Below, piece by piece: positions 37,892 through 47,152 of a DNA stretch of 64,000 nt (position 1 is the stretch's first letter; the number at the start of each line of letters is the position of its first letter). Both the position numbers and the translations under genes were made by a program. The notes below the pieces were generated by a model. That model did no database searches. It was not told the DNA's origin and was given only the letters and a program-made list of their open reading frames with translations. Source of the DNA: Anaerolineales bacterium (GTDB taxonomy: Bacteria; Chloroflexota; Anaerolineae; Anaerolineales; E44-bin32); assembly GCA_034430425.1 (NCBI GenBank), contig DAOUEK010000031.1, forward strand, positions 62,702 through 126,701, written 5' to 3'.

Positions 37892-40690
37892 TTAAATTCC
37901 CAGCCAACGTGAAGCGGCGTCAGGGAGTTCTTCCATAGTGCCAGCGCGCATCGTGCAACGAGGCAGCGAATCGATAAACGCGCGTCCATAGTTCTTGGAG
38001 AGAATACGACGGTCGAGGACAAATACAACCCCTCGATCGGACTGTGTGCGAATGAGACGACCAAATCCCTGTCGGAATCGGAGCACAGCTTCTGGCAGGG
38101 TATATTCATCGAAGGGGGAATCGTATGTTTCTGCACGTGCAGCGATGACGGGATCGTTCGGTACATCGAAAGGTAGGCGTGCGATTCCCAACACCGATAG
38201 CGCCTCGCCGGGAACGTCAACGCCTTCCCAGAATGAGCGAGTACCCAATAGTATGGCTTGTTTCGATGAGCGAAAGCGTTCGAGCAGGGCGTGCCGAGAA
38301 GCCCCTGAAGTCTGTTCAAGAACATCGACGCCCACCTGAACGAGGTGGGGGGCAATGGTGCGGGCCGTATGGTTCAATTGCAGATTGGAAGTGAATAAAA
38401 CCAGCGTTCTCCCAAGGGTGGCTCGGCAAAGCTGGATTAACGTTTTTTCAACGGCGCGCTGATATGCCTGGCGATCGGATGGTTCCGGGATATCGTTGAT
38501 CAGATAGAGAAGGGTCGAGGTCTCGAAATCGAATGGAGAACCAAGGGCAAGCTCATCGGCATCTTCGGCGTTCAGACGCTGCTTGAGGTAATCAAAGTCT
38601 CCACCGATGGTAAGTGTCGCCGAAGTCATAATCACCGCTTCCTTCTCGTGCCATAGAAAGCGTTCGATAAGTGGTCCCACAGTGAGTGGAGCGGCATGTA
38701 AAATCAGATCTCCTTCACCGACCTTGGTTTGCAGCCAATAAATCGTCTGTGGGTCGGGCTCGAAAATCATGTTTTCGAGATTGGTCATTATCTCCATCAG
38801 ACTGCGAGCTGAAATACGCGCCGCTGTGGCCAAGTTCTCCGCGGTCTCAATGCCGGTGGCGGTCATATCGTCCAGAGCATCGCTTAAGGTGGTTAATGAT
38901 TGGGTGATAGCAGACAGCGGACTGCGGGCATCCTCCCATGCAATTTCCACTTCAGACCACTTGGGGAGGGTGCGTGATGCCGGCACGATGCGTGTGCGTT
39001 GTCCGTAAGGGCCGAGTGGCTTCCCATCCCGTTGCTGCGTCATAAAATCCGAGAGGGTGGCAAACAATCGCTGCGACAGTTCACTGCAATCGAGGCGTTT
39101 ATCCGCGATGGAGACAATGATTTGTTCGACATGATTAACGATAGCGGTCGGTAATTCCTTGCGGGCCAATTCCCGGATTTGGTGGAGTAATCCGTCTCTA
39201 ACGCTTCCCAAATCCCGAAGCATGAAACCCACTGCGCTCTGACTGACCTGGAAACTCAAACCGTTCGTCGTCGCCGATTCAAGATGATGCGCCTCGTCTA
39301 CGATGAGATAGCGGTAATCGGGGATGACGCGATTGCCTGTGGCGATATCCGCCAGCAAGAGTGCGTGATTGACGACCACTACGTGGGCGCTTTCCGCAAG
39401 GTTGTGGACCTGGTAATAAGGACATGCGGCATCTGCGTAATGGCGACAGCTTTCGACAGAGCAATCTTCACCTTCTGCTGATAATCGCGACCAAGCCGCA
39501 GCCTCCCGCGAAGACAGATTGATTTCACTGCGATCACCGCTGCCGCCGTTGTACAGCCAGACGAGGATTTTCGCCAGCATACGCATCTCTTCCGGTGTGC
39601 GCGGACCGACCTGGCGCAAGCTGGCCAATCGTCTCGGGCAAATATAATTCGAGCGTCCTTTAAGGATCGCAGCGCGATAAGCGGCATCCATCGTTTGGCA
39701 CAAATCCGGGATATCTTTGTGGATAAGTTGATCCTGCAGGTTAATCGTATTCGTGGAAATTACGACTCGTTCCCCATTTTTCGAAGCCCAGCTGAGTGCT
39801 GGGATCAAGTACGCCATTGACTTTCCGATTCCGGTTCCGGCTTCTACGAGGAGGTGCCGGCTGTTGGATAAAGAATCACATACCGCTCGCAGCATCGTGA
39901 TTTGCTGCGGACGATGTTCGTATGCTGCAAAGCGCTTGTCGAAGAGACCTCCGGGTTCGAGGATCGCAGCGATTCCATCGCTGTCAAGAGGTTGGGGATT
40001 CTCAGCGGGAGAAAGCGGTTGCAGATCGCTCTGAACGGGTTTGAAGAATCGGGGGCGCTCGCGATGGGGAGATTCCTGGCTGTCTTGTGACGAGCGAATT
40101 TCCTCGTGCACTTCATCGAAGAACCAGCCAGCATCCCATTCGATCTCGGCACCCAGGCGGCAGATCTCTTCCAGTGCTTCCCGGGGAAGTTCGAGCGCTG
40201 TATCATACAAGCGGAGAAACACTTGCCTCGTCGTGTGGGCGTCTTCTAGGGCGCGATGAGATGTCATTACCGGAACGGTCAAGGCACTGGCGAGCCCGGC
40301 CAGATTGTATCGTCCTGCGGAAGGTAGAAGTACGGAGGCGATGGTATATGTGTCCAACCCGAGATTGTGCTCAAGAACCCCCCTGGGCTGAAGGAAACTG
40401 AGATCGAAACGGACGTTGTGCCCGAGAACGATCAAATTGCCGGCGAAATCCTGGAATTCTTGAATGACCTGATTCAGGCGTGGCGCGTTGGCAAGCATCT
40501 CATCGGTGATTCCGGTAAGTGCCTTGATCACCGGATCGAGGGGGCGGCCGGGGTTGACCAATGTCGACCACTCATCTTCGATGCGGGAACCCCGAAAACG
40601 AACGGCTCCAATTTCAATAATGGAATCTCGTTGGGGATCTAATCCTGTGGTTTCCAGGTCGAAAGCGAGCAGGGATTGTTTCACAGACAT
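37892..40690 (-). CDS. dinG: DinG-family helicase with N-terminal DnaQ-like 3'-5' exonuclease domain
   Basis: N-terminus LAFDLETTGLDP...GHNVRFD...HRALEDA (DEDDh). VEAGTGIGKS (Walker A), IVDEAHHLE (DEAH). Cys cluster ICPRR...CSVESCRHYADAACPYY (XPD-type Fe-S position). Confidence 0.88.
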   Translation of the reverse strand: MSVKQSLLAFDLETTGLDPQRDSIIEIGAVRFRGSRIEDEWSTLVNPGRPLDPVIKALTGITDEMLANAPRLNQVIQEFQDFAGNLIVLGHNVRFDLSFLQPRGVLEHNLGLDTYTIASVLLPSAGRYNLAGLASALTVPVMTSHRALEDAHTTRQVFLRLYDTALELPREALEEICRLGAEIEWDAGWFFDEVHEEIRSSQDSQESPHRERPRFFKPVQSDLQPLSPAENPQPLDSDGIAAILEPGGLFDKRFAAYEHRPQQITMLRAVCDSLSNSRHLLVEAGTGIGKSMAYLIPALSWASKNGERVVISTNTINLQDQLIHKDIPDLCQTMDAAYRAAILKGRSNYICPRRLASLRQVGPRTPEEMRMLAKILVWLYNGGSGDRSEINLSSREAAAWSRLSAEGEDCSVESCRHYADAACPYYQVHNLAESAHVVVVNHALLLADIATGNRVIPDYRYLIVDEAHHLESATTNGLSFQVSQSAVGFMLRDLGSVRDGLLHQIRELARKELPTAIVNHVEQIIVSIADKRLDCSELSQRLFATLSDFMTQQRDGKPLGPYGQRTRIVPASRTLPKWSEVEIAWEDARSPLSAITQSLTTLSDALDDMTATGIETAENLATAARISARSLMEIMTNLENMIFEPDPQTIYWLQTKVGEGDLILHAAPLTVGPLIERFLWHEKEAVIMTSATLTIGGDFDYLKQRLNAEDADELALGSPFDFETSTLLYLINDIPEPSDRQAYQRAVEKTLIQLCRATLGRTLVLFTSNLQLNHTARTIAPHLVQVGVDVLEQTSGASRHALLERFRSSKQAILLGTRSFWEGVDVPGEALSVLGIARLPFDVPNDPVIAARAETYDSPFDEYTLPEAVLRFRQGFGRLIRTQSDRGVVFVLDRRILSKNYGRAFIDSLPRCTMRAGTMEELPDAASRWLGI

Positions 40691-40873
40691 TTTGAGGCAT
40701 TATAGCATCAGAGAGTGCCATCCATGCTATACTCATTTGTGCGCAACGGCGGATAAGCTTCCGAGATGCGCGTCAGTGGATGAATCTTGAATGAATTGCA
40801 GCAGGATAGGGAAACCAACAATGGCTATCGGGGTTTTGATTCATAGCAGGCGTGCAATGAGGATTACGACTCA

Positions 40874-41461
40874 ATGACGCATCACGAGATCAGCGATCTC
40901 GAGCTTGCAGCACTGGCTGCTACCGATGCGGAAGCGTTTGGAGAGTTATACGAACGGCACGTCCGCAAGATATATAACTATATATACTATCGCACGGGAA
41001 ATCAGCAAGATGCGGAGGATTTAACCGCACGTGTCTTCCAGAGAGCACTTCGCCACGTACCGAACTTTGAAGACAAGGGCGTTCCATTCTCGGCCTGGTT
41101 GTATCGGATTGCCCACAATCTCGTGGCAAACTGGCATCGGGACCGCAGCCGCCGACCAGTTATTCCTCTCGAAGATCACGTTGCTGTTAGTAAAGTAAGT
41201 CATCATCCGGAAGCGGAGGCGATTGTCCAGGAAGAGCAGTCAATGCTGCTCGATGCAGTACGGAGTTTACCGGATGATCGGCAGCAACTGCTGATTTTGA
41301 AGTTCGTGGAGCGATTGTCGAACGCCGAGATTGGCGAGATTATGGGGCGAACGGAAGGCGCGATAAAAAGCCTGTACCATCGGACGCTTATTGCTTTGCG
41401 TGAAGAGGTCCGTGCTGTCGAGGGTAAAGCAGTTTTGGAAAACAAGAAGGAGTCCTCCTGA
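40874..41461 (+). CDS. ECF-type sigma-70 family RNA polymerase sigma factor
   Basis: Region 2 FSAWLYRIAHNLVANWHRDR. Region 4 LSNAEIGEIMGRTEGAIKSLYHRTLIALR. Confidence 0.88.
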   Translation: MTHHEISDLELAALAATDAEAFGELYERHVRKIYNYIYYRTGNQQDAEDLTARVFQRALRHVPNFEDKGVPFSAWLYRIAHNLVANWHRDRSRRPVIPLEDHVAVSKVSHHPEAEAIVQEEQSMLLDAVRSLPDDRQQLLILKFVERLSNAEIGEIMGRTEGAIKSLYHRTLIALREEVRAVEGKAVLENKKESS

Positions 41462-41547
41462 TAACTGAATAGCAAAGTGTTATCTGGTTGTTGGTCTCGG
41501 ATAATTCGATCGGTTGCATGATGACGGGTGTTGGAGGTAATTCCATA

Positions 41548-41850
41548 ATGGCCGGCGTAAAGCATGGGCAAATGGATACTAAAGAATTAGAACGGATCTT
41601 GGTTAAAACGCTAGTCCCTGTCGAACCGAGAAGCCGATTTGTTAAACGTCTAAGAGCGCGTCTCGTTCATTATCACGGCGGTACCCTTTTTTCTGGCTGG
41701 ATGGTAATCGTGGTTATCGCGACTATCGTACTGGTTGGAGTAACCATAATCCGACTTTTCGTACGCGGTCTCTCATCCTGGGGCGGTTTGATCAGCAATT
41801 TAAGCCGTAAGCGGAGTGGATCCGGCGAACCGACTTCGATTTCGGCCTGA
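41548..41850 (+). CDS. Small single-pass membrane protein, candidate anti-sigma factor
   Basis: GGAGG 9 nt upstream of the ATG at 41548. One TM helix (WMVIVVIATIVLVGVTII). Position immediately after the ECF sigma gene. No recognisable zinc-binding anti-sigma (ZAS) motif. Confidence 0.45.
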   Translation: MAGVKHGQMDTKELERILVKTLVPVEPRSRFVKRLRARLVHYHGGTLFSGWMVIVVIATIVLVGVTIIRLFVRGLSSWGGLISNLSRKRSGSGEPTSISA

Positions 41851-41950
41851 AGACGATTTCAACGAACCCTTTCAATATTTATATACGAAACGCTCGGAGA
41901 GGACGCATCGTTCGTTATTCAATAGGGGGGATGAGATATTAGACCTGGTT

Positions 41951-42298
41951 CTAGAACAAACCCCAATCTGCGGCTGTGTCGTCTTCCATCATGGTCTGAT
42001 CCCACATTTCCATCCCCATTTCGATCGTCGTGAGTTTATGCGCAGTTTCCTCCGTTTTGGAACGAGCCATTTCGAGGATTGCAGGTCCATATGGGCAGAA
42101 AGGCGTGGTGAGGATCATTTTTACCGCAATTTCCTCCTCGCCAATGCGGACTTCGCGGATTAAACCCAGTTCGATAACGTTCAGGCCCAACTCGGGATCG
42201 ATGACTTGCCGCAGCGTTTCACGGATTTCCGCAGCAATCCCTGGATGCGTTGAATCAGCTTCCCAGATCGTTTTGGGTTCTGTGATGTCCTCTGTCAC
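41951..42298 (-). CDS. DUF59/MIP18-family Fe-S assembly protein (SufT-like)
   Basis: VIDPELGLNVIELGLI and TTPFCPYG motifs. The GTG start overlaps the sufR-like stop (GTGA). Confidence 0.8.
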   Translation of the reverse strand: MTEDITEPKTIWEADSTHPGIAAEIRETLRQVIDPELGLNVIELGLIREVRIGEEEIAVKMILTTPFCPYGPAILEMARSKTEETAHKLTTIEMGMEMWDQTMMEDDTAADWGLF

Positions 42299-42966
42299 GA
42301 AAATATCTCTTCCTGTTTGACCGAGACGCTGAAGGCGCAGTGTGGATCGCCTTTCCGCAGCGATGTGACTCGCTCGACGGGAAGTGAGAGGGATTTTGCG
42401 ATAAATCCATAATCCAGGATACAGACTTCCGGATGTTCTTGTGCAAGCTTGAAATAGGGGCAGCTAAGTTCTCGAATGATGAATCGGTCGCCCTGCAGCT
42501 CCAATTCGGCGTCGAAACCTTCCACGGCCAGCAATTTGATCAAGCGCTGCAAGCGTTCCTTAATCGGAAGGGGTTTCAACTGTTCAGCATAACGCCCGGC
42601 TAGGGAATCCGCGATGGCTGTAAATATTTCTGTAACCTTCTCATCCGACAAGGTGTCTTTCAACTCGCCCAGCAAAAGATTAATCAGACGAAAATAGCGA
42701 GAGGGGAACTTTTCACGGCCATCATCGGTTAGTAAAAATACATGATGCGGTCGGCCGACGCCGCGGCGCACTTCTTCGGCTTGTACCAGACCGTCGGCTT
42801 GAAGATGGGTTAAATGATGGCGGACAGATACCGGAGAAATGCCGACCTTCTCCGACAGTTCTTTGACCGTGCACTTGTCCTGAACACGCAGCGCACGCAG
42901 GATCGTATCACGCGTACCAGAAGTCATGGTAAGTGGGAGTATACACGCTGGGGATGGATCTGTCAA
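42295..42966 (-). CDS. sufR: SufR-like winged-helix transcriptional regulator with C-terminal Cys residues
   Basis: TVKELSEKVGISPVSVRHHLTHLQADGLV HTH. C-terminal Cys in ELSCPYF, EVCILD and DPHCAF. Divergent from sufC. The start is ambiguous (TTG 42966 or ATG 42927). Confidence 0.7.
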   Translation of the reverse strand: MTDPSPACILPLTMTSGTRDTILRALRVQDKCTVKELSEKVGISPVSVRHHLTHLQADGLVQAEEVRRGVGRPHHVFLLTDDGREKFPSRYFRLINLLLGELKDTLSDEKVTEIFTAIADSLAGRYAEQLKPLPIKERLQRLIKLLAVEGFDAELELQGDRFIIRELSCPYFKLAQEHPEVCILDYGFIAKSLSLPVERVTSLRKGDPHCAFSVSVKQEEIFS

Positions 42967-43067
42967 TATTTTAGATATTTATCATTTTTATACACCTACA
43001 TTGTTCCTGACTATCACAATTTTTCAGTGTGGAAATGGGCGAATATTTACTATTTTTATCAAAAATA

Positions 43068-43096
43068 TTGACGTCTCGATATAAGGGTGCTATAAT
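43068..43096 (+). promoter_or_regulatory. Sigma-70-type promoter of the suf operon
   Basis: TTGACG (43068-43073), exactly 17 nt, TATAAT (43091-43096). About 55 nt upstream of the sufC ATG. Confidence 0.7.
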
Positions 43097-43155
43097 CCCG
43101 TCTATGCGATTCTGATGAAATCGTGGTGGTTTTAATTTGCGGCTGGAGGACATAC

Positions 43156-43938
43156 ATGAGCGATGCGCTTATTATTCGAGACCTTCATGTCTCTGTTGAG
43201 GGGAAAGAAATCCTGAAAGGTTTCACTCTGACCATCGGCCAAGGCGAGATACACGCGCTGATGGGGCCGAACGGTACGGGAAAATCCACGTTAGCTTATG
43301 CACTCATGGGACATCCCAACTATGAAGTGACGAGCGGTGAAGCGGAATTTCGAGGTAAGAACATCCTTGATCTTGAACCCGATGAGCGCGCGCGTTTGGG
43401 CATGTTCCTCGCCTTTCAGTATCCCGTTGCCATACCGGGTGTTACTGTGGCAAATTTCCTGCGAATGGCGATTAACGCCAAGCGAAAACAAGATGATCCG
43501 GATTATAAAGGCATTTCCATTCCCGAGTTCCGAAAAATATTAAAGCAGAAAATGGATTTACTCGAAATGACTCACGAGTTTGCCGGGCGATATTTGAACG
43601 AGGGTTTCTCAGGCGGGGAGAAGAAGCGTGCCGAGATATTGCAAATGGCTACTTTGGAACCGCGCATCGCTATTCTGGACGAAACCGATTCCGGCCTCGA
43701 TATCGATGCACTAAAAATCGTCTCCAGCGGCGTGAACGCACTCTCGGGACCGAATTTGGGTGTGCTCATCATCACCCATTATCAAAGAATTCTAAATTAC
43801 ATCAAACCGGATTTTGTCCATGTTATGCTTGATGGACGAGTTGTGGAATCCGGGTCTTCAGAACTAGCCCTGCATCTGGAAGAACACGGGTATGATTGGA
43901 TACGAGAAAAACACGCTGAGAAGCTCTTAAAGGCGTAG
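43156..43938 (+). CDS. sufC: Fe-S cluster assembly ATPase SufC
   Basis: GGAGGA upstream of the ATG at 43156. [31 protein letters not shown]. Confidence 0.95.
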   Translation: MSDALIIRDLHVSVEGKEILKGFTLTIGQGEIHALMGPNGTGKSTLAYALMGHPNYEVTSGEAEFRGKNILDLEPDERARLGMFLAFQYPVAIPGVTVANFLRMAINAKRKQDDPDYKGISIPEFRKILKQKMDLLEMTHEFAGRYLNEGFSGGEKKRAEILQMATLEPRIAILDETDSGLDIDALKIVSSGVNALSGPNLGVLIITHYQRILNYIKPDFVHVMLDGRVVESGSSELALHLEEHGYDWIREKHAEKLLKA

Positions 43939-43962
43939 TGAGGGTATTGTGGAGGTCTAGGT

Positions 43963-45375
43963 ATGGCGACGCGATCGGATCTCGAGCATCTTGAAGGCTT
44001 AGATCAATACAAGTACGGATTTAGCGATCCGGATGTTTCCGTATTTAAGACCCGGAAGGGTCTCGATGAGAAAGTTGTACAACAAATTTCGGCGATGAAG
44101 GGTGAACCGGAATGGATGTTGGAATTTCGCTTGAAGGCATTCAAGCATTATAAAGAGCGCCCGGTACCACAATGGGGCGGAGACCTCAGTCAACTCAACC
44201 TGGATGACCTTTATTATTATGTTCGACCAGCGGAACAAGAGGGGCGCTCCTGGGATGATGTGCCCGAAACGATCAAGGAAACCTTCGACAAGCTGGGCAT
44301 TCCGGAAGCGGAGCAAAAATTCCTCTCCGGTGTGGGTGCGCAGTACGAGTCGGAGATGGTCTACCACAGCATTCAGGAACATCTTGAAGAGCAGGGTGTA
44401 ATTTTCAAGAGTATCGAGAATGGATTGCGGGATCACGAGGATTTGTTCCGAGAATACTTCGGAACCATAATCCCGATCACCGACAACAAATTTGCTGCCT
44501 TGAACAGCGCTGTTTGGTCTGGCGGTTCTTTTGTTTACATACCGCCGGGTGTGAAAGTGGAGTTGCCCCTCCAGGCGTATTTCCGTCTCAACGTCGCCAA
44601 CATCGGGCAGTTCGAACGCACGTTGATCATCGTGGATGAAGGGGCGCAAGTACATTATGTGGAGGGCTGTACTGCCCCGACGTACACTACTGATTCCTTC
44701 CACAGCGGTGTGATCGAGATCGTGGTGAAGAAAAACGCCCGCTGCCGCTACACCACCATTCAGAACTGGTCGACCAATGTCTACAATCTGGTAACCCAGC
44801 GATCGATGGTGGGCGAGGGTGGAACAATGGAATGGATTGACGCAAATTTGGGCAGCAAGGTGACGATGAAGTACCCCTCTTGCTATTTAATGGGCCCCCG
44901 CGCGCACGGTGAGATTCTCTCGATGGCTTTTGCCGCCGACCATCAACAGCAGGATACAGGCGGCAAGGTGATTCACGTTGCCCCGAACACGACCAGCAAA
45001 ATTACTTCGAAGTCGATCAGTAAAAACGGCGGTAGGGCATCTTATCGCGGCTTGTTGAAAGTACACGACGGCGCGAAGAATTCGAAGTCGAATGTGGTCT
45101 GTGATGCCTTGCTGCTTGATGAACACTCCCAATCTGATACCTATCCGTCTATCGAGATCGATGAAGAATTGGTGTCCATCGGTCATGAGGCATCGGTGAG
45201 CAAGGTGGGTGATGATCAACTTTTTTATTTGATGAGCCGAGGCTTGAGCGAAGAGGAAGCGATCACGATGGTCGTCTCTGGCTTCATCGAACCGCTGGTC
45301 AAGGAACTGCCGATGGAATATGCGGTCGAAATGAATCGATTGATCCAGATTCAGATGGAAGGTTCGATCGGTTGA
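43963..45375 (+). CDS. sufB: Fe-S cluster assembly scaffold SufB
   Basis: 470 aa. YVRPAE..., [23 protein letters not shown], and GRASYRGL in the beta-helix region. Confidence 0.95.
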   Translation: MATRSDLEHLEGLDQYKYGFSDPDVSVFKTRKGLDEKVVQQISAMKGEPEWMLEFRLKAFKHYKERPVPQWGGDLSQLNLDDLYYYVRPAEQEGRSWDDVPETIKETFDKLGIPEAEQKFLSGVGAQYESEMVYHSIQEHLEEQGVIFKSIENGLRDHEDLFREYFGTIIPITDNKFAALNSAVWSGGSFVYIPPGVKVELPLQAYFRLNVANIGQFERTLIIVDEGAQVHYVEGCTAPTYTTDSFHSGVIEIVVKKNARCRYTTIQNWSTNVYNLVTQRSMVGEGGTMEWIDANLGSKVTMKYPSCYLMGPRAHGEILSMAFAADHQQQDTGGKVIHVAPNTTSKITSKSISKNGGRASYRGLLKVHDGAKNSKSNVVCDALLLDEHSQSDTYPSIEIDEELVSIGHEASVSKVGDDQLFYLMSRGLSEEEAITMVVSGFIEPLVKELPMEYAVEMNRLIQIQMEGSIG

Positions 45376-45421
45376 TCCATTCGCTTCAAAAAAAAGGATA
45401 ACGAAAAGGATTATTAGGGTA

Positions 45422-46789
45422 ATGGGCACTCGAACAGTTGCGAAACGGAAGCGATCAGTCAACAGACGTAAAACGGTCGAATTTCCTTTCTCGGAAGCGG
45501 ATGTACGGCGGGTTTCTGCGGATCTGAACGAACCGGATTGGATGGCGGAAAAGCGCTTGGCCGCGTGGGAGCGCTTCAAAGAAATGTCGCTTCCGACGTT
45601 GAAGGACGAGCCATGGCGTCGTACGGACATCCGCGCTCTTCCGGCTGACTCGTTTGTCTTGAAATCCGCAGACGAGTTAGAAGTGAATCCTGCATTATTG
45701 GAGCCGCTGGCGGCCGAGCAGCACGACGCACTGCTAATCCTTAAACCCGGGCATCCTCCCCGGATGGACAACGGCGCAGGACTCGCCAAACAAGGAGTGG
45801 TCTTTACCGATTGGGCGACGGCGGTAAAAGATCATGAAGCGATTCTGGCAGATCATCTCAGTAAAGTTGTATCGGATGAAGAGGGGAAGTTTTCGGCACT
45901 GACGGCGGGGTTGGTGAAAGATGGCGTGTTATTGCATGTCCCCAAGAATGTCCATCTCGAAGAACCTTTACATGCTGTTCTTTGGCCGACGGGAATCGAT
46001 ACGGCATTTTTCAGCCGTCTGCTGATCGTCCTTGAAGAAGGAGCTTCCGCGACCTTTGTTCACGAACTGGCATCCCCCAAAAGTCAAACTGGCGACTCCA
46101 TGCACGCCGCGATCGTTGAGATCTATGTAGGGAAGGGAGCTGATTTTACCTTTGTTGAGATGCAGAATCTTGGGAAGAGGATGTGGAATTTTTCCCACGA
46201 ACGTGCAAAAATAGAAGCAGATGCAAAGTTGCATTGGATTTTCGGCGCTGTGGGCAGCCGATTGACCAAGAATTTTAGCGACATCGATCTTCTCGGACCA
46301 GGCGCCGAAGTACGCATGTCCGCATTTTATTTTGCGAACGGCGAGCAGCATTTGGATCACGACACGCAGCAGAACCATATGGCGCCCAATACGACCAGCG
46401 ATTTACTATTCAAGGGAGCGCTTTTGGGTCGAAGCCGTTCTGTCTGGCAAGGTATGATCTATGTGGCGCCCGGTGCGCAAAATACGGACGGTTTCCAGGC
46501 GAACCGCAACCTGCTATTAAGTGACAAGGCGCGCGCAGATTCAATCCCGGGATTGGAAATCCTGGCTAATGATGTTCGCTGTACACATGGCGCCACGGTT
46601 GGACAATTGGAAACCGAACCGATATTCTATCTAATGTCACGAGGCTTTCCTCGGGAGGATGCAGAACGATTGGTGATCGACGGCTTCTTCTCACCTATTA
46701 TGGAGCGTATTCCCTTTGAAGCGGTTCGTGAACGCTTTCGAGGTATGATCGACGAGAAATTGTCAGGTGATGATTCATCACCTGCATGA
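45422..46789 (+). CDS. sufD: Fe-S cluster assembly protein SufD
   Basis: SufB/D-family beta-helix (HLDHDTQQNHMAPNTTSDLLFKGAL, CTHGATVGQL...FYLMSRG). Follows sufB. Confidence 0.9.
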   Translation: MGTRTVAKRKRSVNRRKTVEFPFSEADVRRVSADLNEPDWMAEKRLAAWERFKEMSLPTLKDEPWRRTDIRALPADSFVLKSADELEVNPALLEPLAAEQHDALLILKPGHPPRMDNGAGLAKQGVVFTDWATAVKDHEAILADHLSKVVSDEEGKFSALTAGLVKDGVLLHVPKNVHLEEPLHAVLWPTGIDTAFFSRLLIVLEEGASATFVHELASPKSQTGDSMHAAIVEIYVGKGADFTFVEMQNLGKRMWNFSHERAKIEADAKLHWIFGAVGSRLTKNFSDIDLLGPGAEVRMSAFYFANGEQHLDHDTQQNHMAPNTTSDLLFKGALLGRSRSVWQGMIYVAPGAQNTDGFQANRNLLLSDKARADSIPGLEILANDVRCTHGATVGQLETEPIFYLMSRGFPREDAERLVIDGFFSPIMERIPFEAVRERFRGMIDEKLSGDDSSPA

Positions 46790-46828
46790 TCAGGCAGCTC
46801 AGCTTATATCAAAGGCGGGGTATTCAAA

Positions 46829-47137
46829 GTGACGAAAAAATCGACGAATCCATTAATTGATGGTCAGGTAACCCAAGAGCAGTACCAAGTCGGTGACCGT
46901 GTGGAGGTGTTTTGCGATCACGATCGGGAAGGACGTCGCGTTCGAGACTGGATGGAGGGTGTTGTGGTACAGGCCGAAGAAAAACGCGTCGCCGTCCAGT
47001 TCGCGGATGATGTTTATCTAACCGATGGATGGATGGTTCCAGATCGTGTATTATGGTGCCCCCAGGGAAGTGAGAAGATCCATCCAGCGACGAAACGGCG
47101 ATCTGCGAAACGTTCGGGGTCGAAGAAAAAGAAATAA
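46829..47137 (+). CDS. Hypothetical 102-aa protein with Lys/Arg-rich C-terminal tail, embedded in the suf operon
   Basis: GTG start 39 nt after sufD. It ends 15 nt before sufS. YQVGDRVEVF...GVVVQAEEKRVAVQF suggests a small beta-barrel. Tail KRRSAKRSGSKKKK. No family recognised. Confidence 0.6.
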   Translation: MTKKSTNPLIDGQVTQEQYQVGDRVEVFCDHDREGRRVRDWMEGVVVQAEEKRVAVQFADDVYLTDGWMVPDRVLWCPQGSEKIHPATKRRSAKRSGSKKKK

Positions 47138-47152
47138 AAGGCAGGCATTTTC

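Noticed and set aside
37846-38355. 169-aa minus-strand ORF overlapping the 3' end of dinG in another frame
   Set aside because: It overlaps the dinG coding frame and the dinG terminator. It has no independent signals.
43999-45789. Long minus-strand ORFs (234 aa and 300 aa) across sufB/sufD
   Set aside because: They are antisense to highly conserved suf genes. Their composition is low-complexity and Arg/Ser-rich, as expected of shadow frames.
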